Source: Octopus vulgaris
Lineage: Eukaryota
NCBI GenBank assembly: GCA_951406725.2
Contig: OX597839.1
Coordinates: 11,718,001 to 11,782,000 of the forward strand
Reading direction: 5' to 3'
DNA length: 64,000 nucleotides
Under the pieces are notes generated by a model that was not told the DNA's origin, did not search any database, and saw only the letters and a program-made list of their open reading frames with translations. A program made the position numbers and the translations under genes. Every line of letters begins with the position of its first letter. The stretch's first letter is position 1. Shown here one piece after another: positions 1-13,238 of this stretch.

Positions 1-585
1 CATTATTTGTTACATCTACTTTTATTTCTATACACTTCCAGAAAAGTAGACGAAAACTTATGATTGCAAAAAGGGATCAGCTCAGTAAATTTATTTAAGG
101 TTTTAGACCCAAAAGACTTAAGGATGGCAAGAAATTCCCTTACTTATATTTATTTATATTAACTCTGAAAAAAAGGGCCCTCGAAATAACATACCATTCA
201 AGAGAATATCTTTTATTATTCTTCTTTAAACCGTGTATAGAAGAGGCAAGTGTAGTAGAATTACAGTACTTTTCGTTCGAAAACGAATCCATGTGGGCCC
301 TGTACCGAACCTATGGGTTTTTAAAAACAAAATAAATCATTTTTTACACAAAGTAAATAATTTTTTTAAAACAAAGTAAATAAAAAATTTTTCTAAACAA
401 CGTAAATAAATTTGTTTACGTTGTTTAATAACTTTCAACCGAATTTTTATGAACATTTGTTATAGGTTAGGAGTCGCTGTAGGATCAACTAGTCACGACT
501 AGCTAGCGCGGATGCGCGAGTGCGCGCACCGGGACCACTCTTCTTAAATAGTACCCAAGCACTGACACAAACACATAGATGTATA

Positions 586-1023
586 GGATCTTTTCGGTTT
601 GAACGGCAGTTTTTTCTAGCGGTGTCATATGAAATTGTCACCCATAATTATGACCCTAGTATCGATCTATTGCATTTCAATCCGTTTTAGGGTTAGGGTT
701 AGAGTTAGGATTAGGGTTAGAGTTAGGGGTGGGGGAAGGGTATCTTTTTCTCTTCAGAAATGTAAATAAACCCAATCTGTTTCTTAAACGAGGGACATTT
801 TCATACGGCACAGAATGTTTTCACCTCAATAGACGGTCATTGATTGGTTGAAATTACAGAAATTGAAGAAAAAAAACAAATATCTTACAAACTATAGAAT
901 TTTCTCAATAAAGCCAAGAGAAAAAGATGTTTTATAAACACATTCTACCAGTATACGAAGTTTAAAAGTGTTTAATTACGTGGAAATTATTTTAAAAAAC
1001 TGCCGTTCAAACCGAAAAGATCC
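586..1023. mobile_element. MITE with ~28-bp TIRs, 8-bp TSD and internal telomere-like TTAGGG repeats
   Basis: TIR GGATCTTTTCGGTTTGAACGGCAG...CTGCCGTTCAAACCGAAAAGATCC; GATGTATA duplicated at 578-585 and 1024-1031; TTAGGG/TTAGAG run ~687-728; second copy at 50030-50454. Confidence 0.92.
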
Positions 1024-1680
1024 GATGTATAACTTATACATATACACAACAGGCTTCTTTCCAACTCCCCGTACCAAATCCAGAAAATACTTCACAAGTT
1101 GTCACGCATTGGCATTGAACCCGGAACCACGTGGTCGGGAAACAAACTTTGTACTACACTGCTTCACCTCCGCCGTCGCACGCGTGCGCGTACCCACTTC
1201 ACAGTAATTACTACATTCCAGGTTGTAGTAATTAACCGAATTACGCCAATTAACACAATTTATGTTCAATTATGGCGTGGTGATATTTCGAAGTGAAGGA
1301 GGACATTTTAGCATCGACTGTTGTTGGTTAACTTCAAGTCGGTTCGGCTCGGCTAGATCCTTGATCAAAAGACATTCCAAATATGACCATCACACCACAT
1401 TCTATTCCTTGAAATGTAGATGCAAAGCTTCACCGCGTGATTAAGGGGATGTTAGTATGGCACCAAGGGGATGTTAGTTTGGCACCAACAGATTCTATTT
1501 TGTTTTGGGATTTGGTTCACAAGATTCTTTATGTGATACGTGTGTTGAAGCATATTTTGTTGTGTCTGGGGAGAGTCATTCACTTTTTATGCCTTATAAT
1601 GTAACACACTCACCGGTAAAATTTCCACTTATTTTTATTTTCCTAAAATTTTCGTTGCGTCTTGAAACTTTTTCAATATA

Positions 1681-1841
1681 GGCGTAGTAGTGGCTGTGTG
1701 GTAAGTAGTTTGCTTACGAACCACATGGTTCAAGTTCTGTCCACTGCAAGGCACCTTGGGCAAGTGTCTGCTCCTATAGCTTCAGGCCGATCAAAACCTT
1801 GTGAGTGGATTTGTTAGACGGAAACTGAAACAAGCCCGTCG
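1681..1841 (+). mobile_element. tRNA-derived SINE family A, 5' half
   Basis: GGCGTAG.AGTGGCTGTGTGGTAAG...CCTTGGGCAAGTGTC...GGAAACTGAAA consensus shared with ~20 copies in the window. Confidence 0.85.
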
Positions 1842-1875
1842 TGTGTGTTTCATATATATATGTATATATATATAC

Positions 1876-1925
<50 letters not shown>

Positions 1926-1977
1926 AGGACGGAAGATCGTAGTGTAGGTTCAACGACTACCTAGCAGTAACACAGGC

Positions 1978-2395
1978 TTTTGTATGGCTCTGAAACATGG
2001 AGAGCCACCTGCAGCAACTACAAGAAGATCCAGACCTTCATCAACAAATGTCTCCGGCAGATCCTCCATCTGAAGTGGTTCGACAGAGTGCCAAACACCG
2101 ACCTGTGGGAAAGGGCCAACCAGGAGCCCGTACATGTTCAGATTAGACGAAGGAAATGGAGATTGATCGGGGACACACTGCGGAAAGAACCCTCAAATGT
2201 GACACAAGCACTTGACTGGAACCCGCAGAGGGAAAGGAAGTGAGGACGCCCGAAGCAGACATGGAAGCGGAGCATTTTGGCCGAGCTCAGGACCACCGGC
2301 CTGGCATGGGAAGCAGCCAAGAAACACGCCAGTGACCGCAAGAAGTGGAAAACAACTGTTGAGGCCCTATGCTCCACAAGGGGCAAAAAGGATTA
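1978..2395 (+). pseudogene. RTE-clade LINE ORF2 C-terminal remnant
   Basis: YGSETW...IQTFINKCLRQIL...RRRKWRLIGDTLRK...ALDWNPQ..GRPKQTWKR..DRKKWKTTVEALCS, typical of the RTE post-RT domain; in-frame stop at 2241. Confidence 0.88.
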
Positions 2396-2410
2396 ATATA
2401 TATGAACTGT

Positions 2411-2555
2411 GGAAGTCCAGAGTCAACTCCTTACCTTCAGTCCCAGACCACCATTATCCTACATGCGGCGGAGCTTTCCGAGCACGCATCGGACGCACTG
2501 TGATCCGTCTTCTTCTCCTATGTGATGTCCTTGTTCATCGTTGACAATGATGGAC

Positions 2556-2605
<50 letters not shown>

Positions 2606-2615
2606 AATAATAATA
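2411..2615 (+). mobile_element. 3' end of a second RTE-like LINE with (TAA)n tail
   Basis: YPTCGGAFRARIG resembles the RTE C-terminal CxxC..FRARIGL motif; short 3' UTR then (AAT)n. Confidence 0.55.
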
Positions 2616-2622
2616 ATTATTA

Positions 2623-2653
<31 letters not shown>

Positions 2654-2657
2654 TATT

Positions 2658-2688
<31 letters not shown>

Positions 2689-2800
2689 GTTTGACTTTTG
2701 CTTTGCATTTGTACAAGTCTTACCCAGAGACCTCAAGAGACAACAAGTTGGAAGTTCATGTTGGTGTTATGCCTAGGGTGCCATATATTTGGTTTTGTAC
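2616..2800 (-). mobile_element. Possible 3' end of a (TAA)n-associated non-LTR retrotransposon, tail-to-tail with the previous element
   Basis: On the minus strand unique sequence ends in a (TAA)n run; the (AAT)n to (ATT)n switch at ~2615 marks the junction. Confidence 0.35.
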
Positions 2801-2926
2801 ATAGTGTTGTTCTAGAGAATGTTTAAGAAAACATAAGAAAATTATGTGTTTGTTTTAAAATTTGAGATTACACAGAAAGTATTTTACGTAGGTTATGGGC
2901 AGTTCCCATGAACACTCTTTTGAATT

Positions 2927-2959
<33 letters not shown>

Positions 2960-3357
2960 CACTACTATTATTATTTTATATATATGTGTGTGTGGGTGAA
3001 AGTGTTTGAGTATGTTTGTATGTATGTATATATACACATCCACACACATACATACATACATTCACACACACACATACATACATACATACATACATACATA
3101 CATACATACACATACATTCATACATACATACATACACATACATACATACTTGCCGCGTGTGTGTGTTAGCATAAAGGATATGCTAGGCGATTTGTATATT
3201 TGCTCATAGTTCAAATGCGAATTGGATTAATACATGTATATAATGAGTTGATATAAAGCGTTAATCTATTAAGCCACTAATCTTTTAATCCATTAATCTG
3301 TTTATCTGCATTAATCCAGTGTTCTAAACAGTGTTATAAGATTCTCCCGTTACACAC

Positions 3358-3417
3358 GTCGGACACGGGTTTCAATATATTAAACACGCTTGGGTGGGTT
3401 TGTACTCGTCAGGTGAT
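3358..3417 (-). ncRNA. Decayed type I hammerhead-like motif
   Basis: Minus: CTGACGA-GTACAAAC...GTTT..-GAAAC-CCGT-GTC; stems I and II poor. Confidence 0.35.
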
Positions 3418-3659
3418 TATATATTACAGGTAGGAGGTGTGTGGTGGGATGATCGCTCCTTAACCACCTGTTTCCCAGTTCGGTCTCATTGTGTGGCATC
3501 TTGGGCAAGTCTCTTCTTTTATGCTCCGACCCTACGAAATCTTTCTGATTTCCGTTTGTCTGTCCTTGTTTGTCCCCTCCGTGTGTAGCCCCTTGTGGAC
3601 AGTAAAGAAATAAGAATACATAGTATAGACAGCCATTGCTTGGCACTATAGTGTATTAG

Positions 3660-3962
3660 TGGAAGCACATGGCCTAGTGGTTAGAGTAGCAGACTCGCGG
3701 TCGAGGGATCGCGGGTTCGAATCTCAAACCGAGCGATGTGTGTGTTTATGAGCGAAACACCTAAGCTCCACGCGGCTCCGGCAGAAGGTAATGGCGAACT
3801 TCTGCTGACTCTTTCGCCACAACATTCTCTCACTCTTTTCTCCTGCATCTTGCCGCTCACCAGCGACGAACCGGCGTCCCGTCCAGGTGGGGAACCTATA
3901 CGCCAAGGAAACCGGGAAACCGGCCCTTATGAGCCAGACATGGCTTGGGAAGGAATAAACAA
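3660..3962 (+). mobile_element. tRNA(Arg)-like SINE family B
   Basis: A box TGGCCTAGTGG, B box GGTTCGAATC; near-identical copies at 40780 and 44490. Confidence 0.88.
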
Positions 3963-4157
3963 AGTATAGTGTATTAGACTACTCGCGATAGATTGCTATT
4001 AGAATGGAGTAATGAATCTGTGAGTCACATTTTGTAGTGGAACAGTTTGCTGTGTTCCGTCCTCCTGCTTTATCAGGAACGACCTAGGGTTAAACAAAAC
4101 AACCACTCAACTACCACGCTACAGAAGATCATTTTACAATCTCATGTCTCTAACATT

Positions 4158-4352
4158 TGCCCACAAGGGGCTAAACATACAGGGGACAAACAGGGACAGA
4201 CAAAGGGATTAAGTCGATTATTCGACCCCAGTACGTAACTGGTACTTAATTTATCGACCCCGAAAGGATGAAAGGCAAAGTCGACCTCGGTGGAATTTGA
4301 ACTCAGAACGTAACGGCAGTCGAAATACCGCTAAACATTTCGCCCGGCGTGT
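4158..4352 (-). mobile_element. Nin-domain-like SINE family D
   Basis: Reverse complement of GCCTTTCATCCTTTCGGGGTCGATAAA core; multiple copies in the window. Confidence 0.8.
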
Positions 4353-5106
4353 CTCTAACACTATATTTCGTCTCAACCATTATCAGCCACTGAAGGCAAA
4401 AAGCTTTCAGCGTAAAATGTTTTCTTTAGACACAATCCTGTTCGCGCTGATTGTAGATTAAATATAATTAATTATACATTAACTATAATTATTAATTATA
4501 TAATCATTAAATATTACATTATATTAGGCAATTACACTATTTTAGGCAATTAACCTTTTGTGTACACAATTTTTGTGGATACATTAACTGCACTTATGCG
4601 CTGGTTGCAAAACGTGTTTTATGTAAAAGTTTCGGGTGGATCCACCCCTTGGAAGAAAGGTTAGCAAGACTGAAGTTGTGCCGGTCGAATCGGGTGCATT
4701 GTAGAAACTTTTCTTTTTTCGAGGAAGGGGTAGATCTAACTTATCACCCGGTTTGATTGCAGTGGTCTTAGTGGTGGGGCTCATTAATGGAGTCCATTCT
4801 GTAACATGTGATCTGAAGCTAACTCGATATTCTGATTGGTCGTTTCTTGTGGCAGCAAGCTATGAGGTAGGATTATCTTTCGAAAGAAGAATATTTTAAT
4901 ACCAAGGGACAGTTAAACGTTCGATCTGTGGTCCCTGTTTACAGCCGAATGGACTGTGCCATTGACAGGCAGGTTCTCAGCTAGCTGCGTTTACTACATA
5001 CTTGGCGGTACCACTCTATAGCTACACTGCATAAGCCAGTGACAGTTTTATACATTTCATGTATGGCATCTATATTTACAGCCAGACTGAACGGATCAGC
5101 GATAGT

Positions 5107-6190
<1,084 letters not shown>

Positions 6191-6210
6191 ATAGAACTCA
6201 GGTAGAGTTC

Positions 6211-6300
6211 AAAATTCACAACAGCTGTTTCGGTAGCATTATATTGGTGTTTCTTATATATTACATCAAAGCAAAAACCTGCCAGCGTCAGGTAAATTTT
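6211..6300 (-). ncRNA. Type I hammerhead-like motif with long stem II (core A9 mutated)
   Basis: Minus: AAAATTTAC CTGACGC TGGCAG...CTACC GAAAC AGCT GTT GTGAATTTT; 9-bp stem I, palindromic stem III loop. Confidence 0.55.
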
Positions 6301-7162
6301 AAATATATAAACAGGTAAGGTTAGAAATGGAAACTGACCAATTCCCCAACAACGACGTTAGAACAAGTGAAGGTACAAGTAAGGGAAGGTGGGTCAGATT
6401 GACAAAAGGTAACCATTTCAAATACCACTTATTCGACACGAAGAGCTTCTTTCAGTTTTCGGCTATCAAATCCTCTCATAAGGCCTTGGTTGGCCCGGGG
6501 CTATGGTGGAAGATACCCAAAGGGACTGAACTCGGAACTGTGTTGTTAAGATGCAAGCATCTGACCAGATATCCCCGCCAGGAGAGTTTATCAACTTCTA
6601 GACATTTATCAACTTTATTATCCATCTTCCCTGCTTCCTTCCTTTCTTCCTTCCTTCCTTTTCCTTCATAGTTCCTTTATTCTTCCTTTCTTCTTGCTTT
6701 CCTTCATTTAGCCTTTCTTCTTTATCGTTCCTTCCTCTATCTTTCTTTTCTTTCTTTTATTCTTTCATTTCGTTCTTCATTTCTTTACTTTTCCTTCTTT
6801 CATTCTTCCTTAATCCTTCTTTTCTCCCTTTTTTTCTTTTTTCTTCATCCTTTTGCCCTCCCATCCTTTCTTTATCATTCTTTCCATTATCCTTTCGTTA
6901 TCCTTCCTTCCTGTATCTTACTTTGCAGTCTTTCACGATGTTGCATTTTTTTGCTTTTGTTTAGAGGAATTTTTCTATTTAGCTTTTTTTTTCTTCTTAG
7001 TCTCTTTCTTCCTTTTTTTTAAGAAAAAAAAAGCCGCCAATTTTTAATGTGAATTTGGTTTTCTGTGCTCCTTCTGCATTTTATTCCAGACAAACTGTCA
7101 ACATGGCCGTCGTTGTCGGTTTGTGAGGCCGGAGGAGGGGGTGGCTATGAAAGATAGAAGAA

Positions 7163-7195
<33 letters not shown>

Positions 7196-8848
7196 CAGAG
7201 AGAGAGGAAGCGAGAGAGAACGAGTGAGAGGAAGTAGCAATAGAAATGTTAAACGATGACGAATCGATTTCTAAATACTATCTGCAAATAGGAAGATTAA
7301 TTTGATCTCGTGACATCTGGGCAAAATCACGCCATTTACCACCACCACCCAACCATCCGCCGCCGCCACCAACAAAACTACCACTACCATCTCCACATCT
7401 GCCGCCAAAGGCTAACTCCACTGACACCACGACTACTTCTAATGCCACCACCGTAGACGCCGACATCACCTTCGCTACCATTACTAGCATCATTTCATCT
7501 CCATCACCACCGTCGTCATCAACGCCACCATCAACGCCATCACCGCCGCCCCCAATATGCCATTACCACCAACAACGTCGCCATTATCAACGTCCAAACA
7601 GCACCACCACCACCACCACCATCAGCACCAGCGCTTTCACTATCACCGTCACTACCCTCACCATCTTGGGGGTCTGGTAGTTAATCTATCGGCCTCTTTG
7701 GCCGAACCGCTAATTTACAGGGACAAAAACAAACCTACAGCCTTTGTCAAGCGGTGGACGAGCTCTACTGGCCCGTTAAGCAAAGAGTTGCTCAATGTTT
7801 GTGAGGAATATAGGGAGTTGAGAGTTCAATACTCCACTTGCTCCTTGAACATGAGTCCGTTAAAGGGGCAAATCCCCAGCTACAAGTGGTAATCATTTAC
7901 AGCCGAGTGGAATGGAGTGACGGGAAGTGAAGGGTTTTGCTCAAGAACAGAATGCACCGTCCGCTCTGCTAAATCAAAATCATAACCTCGCGATTCTGAG
8001 TCCAGCATCCTAACCACTTGGCCATAATAGCCATCGCCAACATCAACCAACACCTATATTGTAAAAACAGCTACCACCAGTACAAGTAGGGGGAAGTGGG
8101 TCAGATTGACAAAAGGTAACCAGTTCAAATACCACTTATTTGACACGAAGGGCTTCTTTCAGTTTTCGGCTATCAAATCCTCTCATAAGGCCTTGGAAGG
8201 CCCGGGGCTATATAGTGGAAGACACCCAAAATGGCACGCAATGGGACTGAACTCGGAACTGTGTGGTTAAGATGCAAGCATCGGACCAGATATCCACGCC
8301 AGGAGAATTTATCAACTTCTAGACATAAATAAGATGGCGGAATGCAAGCATTAATCTTGTAAAGGCATTGTTAGGTCAAAAACGGTGGTCCAAATGATTA
8401 TTGTAATAGAGTGGACTCTGCTAACGGTCCCTGAGGGTCCATTCGTTTTCTGAAACTGGGCAACAGACTATTCTTCTAGTAGAAATACTACAAAGAGGTT
8501 ATGTTGTTACAAACGAACTTTGAAGGTTTGTCCTGTAAGCTTTATGTAGTTTGTTGAAGTGTTTGTTATTGGTGGACACATCAGCACAGCTTACAATACT
8601 TTGCTTAAGCCATTTGTTTTGTAGGAGGGAAAATCACTACAATTTGTAAATTGTATGTCGGCTTCCTTCAGACCACTCTTAGTTGCAACAGTTTTGCATC
8701 GTGAACCTTGACGGCATTAGATATGTTTTATTTTGAAGAAATTTGTGACGGTTCGGAAAATGTTTTCTGATTATGAAGAGAAAATGTTTTTCCGCCAATA
8801 CTTAAAGCCACATGGTCGTGAGACAAACATCCTAACCACAATAACCAT

Positions 8849-8920
<72 letters not shown>

Positions 8921-8921
<1 letters not shown>

Positions 8922-9091
8922 GCTTACTTGGAAAAGGATGCGTGGCGTTCGATCATATAAATAATATAAATAATATATAAATATATGCATATATACATAC
9001 ATATATGTACATACCTACATAAATATGTATATATACATGCATATATGGGTACAGGATATAAAAAAAAAACGTTGAACACAATGAGAAACGA
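8921..9091 (-). mobile_element. 3' fragment of the permuted-hammerhead element family
   Basis: CTTACTT.GAAAAGGAT and ATATGGGTACAGGA..AAAAAAACGT.GAACACAATGA shared with 15006-15180; truncated by a SINE A head at 9092. Confidence 0.7.
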
Positions 9092-9169
9092 GGCGTAGGA
9101 GTGGTTGTGTGGTAAGTAGCTCGCTTACCAATCACATGGTTCCGGGTTCAGTCTCAGTGCGTGGCACCC

Positions 9170-9305
9170 GTGACGTTAAAACTCATTTCTACAGCTGAGT
9201 GAAGTGGAGCAACGTGAAATAAAGTGTCTTGCTCAAGAACACAACACGCAGCCCGGTCCGGGTTCACGATCGTAAACCCGACGCTCTAACCACTGAGTCA
9301 TGTGC

Positions 9306-9306
<1 letters not shown>
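9170..9306 (-). mobile_element. tRNA-derived SINE family E (CORE-like TTGAGCAAGACACTT)
   Basis: Homologous to 39945 and 60360 copies. Confidence 0.75.
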
Positions 9307-9391
<85 letters not shown>

Positions 9392-9680
9392 TGGCACAAA
9401 TACATAGGTAATAGCAGTCTCTCGAACTCGAGAAAGTCGGTTTTGCATTTCCTTGTTGAACAACCTGCAAATCAGCACAGATTGGTATAAACGGGAGCCC
9501 CCCCCCCCCCAGTAGTCTTAATATAAGCCCTGCTGAGTGAAGAATAAAATTGATAATTTCAATGAGGAAAGGAAACGTCAAAATCATGTTACACTCGTTT
9601 CCATAAACGGACAATATTTTTATTCGATATCTCATACAGTGTCATGCAATTCATACAATATTATGCAACACACGTCATAA

Positions 9681-9848
9681 TATGTGGAAATGTAATAATT
9701 CTATCGTCCATTCACTTCCGCAAGTGTCATACTTGAAGGCATCATCGACCAAATGAATTCATCCCAATATTTATTTGGTCGATGGTGCCTTCAAACATGA
9801 CATCTGCAGAAGTAAATGGGCGATTGAATTATTACAGATTTCCATATA
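9681..9848. repeat. Imperfect palindrome (~75-bp arms), probable decayed MITE
   Basis: TTGAAGGCATCATCGACCAAAT / ATTTGGTCGATGGTGCCTTCAA, plus outer arms. Confidence 0.75.
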
Positions 9849-10004
9849 TCATAGCATATATTACATCGGTGTCGGCGGCTTTATCTCGTATCCAATAATC
9901 TAATTTTTTCCTTACTGAACGATTCCGTTATGTGATAGCCTTCTTGATGACTCTGCAGATCAATTCTTGCCGAGACGAGTCTATAGCAATGTTGGTGGAG
10001 GGCG

Positions 10005-10270
10005 ACGTTACACACCAGCATCGGTTGTCAAGCGATGTTGGGGGGGCGGGACACAAACAAAGACACATAAACACACACACACACATACATATACATATAT
10101 ACGACGGGCTTCTTTCAGTTTCCATCCACCAAATCCCAAATCCACTCACAAGGCTTTGGTCGGCCCGGGGCTATAGTAGAAGACACTTGCCCAATGTGCC
10201 ACGCAGTGGGACTGAACCCGGAACCATGTGGTTCGTAAGCAATCTACTTACCACACGGCCACTCCTACGC
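10005..10270 (-). mobile_element. SINE family A
   Basis: Head, internal microsatellite and part of the tail match the family consensus. Confidence 0.88.
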
Positions 10271-11374
10271 ATGTGTGACAATACAATCATAGGTGACTTT
10301 TAATGTACAGATTACTGTAAGCATGTAGTTAACAGTATAAAATATGTAGCTGACTGCATCAAAATATAGTTGTGAGTACGAATGTGAAGTTGAGTGTCCA
10401 AATATAAAGCAGATTGTATGGAGATATAGCTGAGAGCATAAGCAGAGAGGCGACGTTGCATATGTAGAGGTGACAAGAGTTTGGACAATTAAATAAAAGA
10501 CTGGAATAACGAAGTTGATGGCTCGTTATTTTTACAGGGGTTGGTGATCCATTGACACATCGGTGCATATGGTGTGAGTGAGAGAGAGGGAGAGAGTGGG
10601 AGGGAGAAAGAGAGAGAGTGTGTGTGTGTGTAAGATGAGAGAGAGAATGGAGGAAGAAGAGAAGACAGGTTAAAAATAAAGGATAGAGAACGAGTGAGTT
10701 AAACAGACATAACGGAGTGAAGTAAAAGACAATAAGAAAGAAAGAAAGAGAGAGAGAGAGTAAAAGAGATAGAGAGAGGAGAGAATAAGAGAAAAGTAGT
10801 GATAGAAAGAGGGAGCGAGAAAGTGGGAATGAGAGAAAGAGAACAGGAAATACAAAACCGCTGTCAATTCAATTGTCAGCCATATTATAAGGAATCGATG
10901 CTTTCATTGTGTCAGCAATAGCAGACGATACCTTAACACTATGGCTTCCGACATGAATCAGTTATTTTCTGTCACTCTCAAACTCTCTCTCTCTCTCTCC
11001 TTCTCACACACTCTTTAGAAAGGAAGATGTACAAACACAGAGAGCCTGAGTGGGAAGGAGAAAATGAGAAGGAGAAAAAAGGCTAAAATCAAGAACCCAG
11101 AAAATCAAAATTAATCTTTATGATGATTCATCCATTTATTTTGTCTCTACCTCTGCCTGCCCCACCACACGCACACACACATATACACACAGCCACTTTC
11201 TCACACACACTGGCCTAAATGCACACACACACACACACACTGGCCTAAATACACACACACACACTGGCCTAATACACACACACAGAGCTCTTCCATTTCA
11301 AATCTCAACAGCCGACATTACAATCCCCACCACAAAGACAGTCAATTGTTTCCCTTGCATCCCCCTCCTTCTTT

Positions 11375-11406
<32 letters not shown>

Positions 11407-11784
11407 CTCTCTATATATATATCTATATCTCACTTTCTCCTGCCTCTCTCTCTAGGTGCACAAACACTCTCCCTGTCTACGCATTTTCTTTCTCTACCAT
11501 TCCATATCAGACATTTTATTTCTCCCTCTCTATCTTTCTATCTTCTTCATCTTCTTTGTCTGTGCCCCTCTCTCTCTATATATATATATATCTTTCCCCT
11601 CTCTCTTATTCTCTCTCTCTCAACAACGCCATTTTGATTATTCAAGAATCTCATCAATCATTACAAAACAAATAAAATAAATGGAAATAAAAAAAATTTT
11701 CAAATAAAAAAAAACATTGATAGGTGTTAGTTTTGTAACTTTATGTACATTTTTTGTTATAAGCGTTTCCCACTTATTTTACAG

Positions 11785-11825
<41 letters not shown>

Positions 11826-11934
11826 CACAGATTATTATTATTGTCACTATTATCATCATCATCATTATTATTATTATTATTATTATTATCATCATCACAG
11901 ATTATGATTATTATTATTATTATTATCATCACAG

Positions 11935-11979
<45 letters not shown>

Positions 11980-12064
11980 TACTATTATCATTTATTATTA
12001 TTACAGATTATTATTATTATTATCATTATTATTATAGATTAATATTATAATTATTATTATTATA

Positions 12065-12225
12065 TTTCGTCCGTCTTTGCGTTCTGAGTTCGAATTCAGC
12101 CGAGTTCGATTGTGCCTTTCATCCTTTCGGGGTCGATGAAATAAGTATCAATTGAGCACAGGGGTCGATGTAATCGACTTACCTCCTCCTCCGTCATTGC
12201 TGGCCTTGTGCCAAAATTTGGAACC
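12065..12225 (+). mobile_element. Nin-domain-like SINE family D
   Basis: GCCTTTCATCCTTTCGGGGTCGAT core, (ATT)n tail. Confidence 0.78.
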
Positions 12226-13009
12226 ATTATTATTATTATTATTATTTGTCCTTTAACATTACCGCTTGACAAACGGTGTTGGTGTATTTATGTCCCCGTA
12301 ACTTATCGTTGCGACCAGGGAGACCGATAGAATACAAGGTTTAAAAAAACATAAGTACTGGAGTCGATTCATTCGACTAAAATTTCTTCAAGGCGGTGCT
12401 CCAGCATGGCTACCGTCTAATGACTAAAACAAGTATAAGATAAAACTTAGACAACAATAACATTTGTATATTCTCAAATATTATCAGACAGTAACGTTAG
12501 CAATCGTACTTTTGAATATGAAAATCCTTTTAAGAACAAAATCATGGCAACATTTCGTTCACAAAACCGATACCTCTCTACCCGAACCTATCATCCATAT
12601 GCTAGAGAAAAGAACAGTAATTTATATTTTGCCCATACCTCAGGTGTCTTCCTTATACTCTGAAAAGATCAACACTTGCAGATACTTGGAGTGAAATCTT
12701 CATTGAGACAGGAACGGTATATGGTAGGGTGCGTCATGTTTTCAAAATCCAAACTGAAGAAGGGGTTGAGAGTACAAGATGAGAGAGTACGTGACGCTGC
12801 TGCCCATAAACTGGTCCCATAAGTATTTGGGACAGATGATTGTGAAGCATTATATTACGTTTTATTCATAAATTCTAACTTTTGAAGATAAAGAAACCGG
12901 AAAAAAGGGGAGATAAAAAAGTGGGTAACGCATCAGAAACTGAGGTCGATCTAATCGACTGGCCCTCTCCCCACAAAATGTCAGGCCTTGTGCGTGCCTA
13001 GAGTAGAAA

Positions 13010-13200
13010 GGGCAGCAAGCTGACAGAAACTTTAGCACGCCGGGCGAAATGCTAAGCGTCTTTACACTCTGAGTTCAAATTTCGCCGAGGTCGACATTGC
13101 TTTTCCCTTCAGGGTCGATAAATTAAGTACCAGTAAAACACTGGAGTTGATGTGATCGATTAATCCCCTCCCCTAATTTCAGGTCTTGTGCCTATAATAG
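13010..13200 (+). mobile_element. Nin-domain-like SINE family D
   Basis: TTAGCACGCCGGGCGAAATGC head, GAGTTCAAAT B box, GGGTCGATAAATTAAGTACCAG. Confidence 0.78.
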
Positions 13201-13202
13201 GA

Positions 13203-13238
<36 letters not shown>

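Noticed and set aside
3660-3735. tRNA gene
   Set aside because: The A and B boxes run on into a SINE body that recurs three times, and there is no proper acceptor stem.
4620-4660. Hammerhead on the minus strand (GGGTGG/CCACCC stem followed by GAAAC)
   Set aside because: No CUGANGA and no pairing stem I or III; at best a heavily decayed motif.
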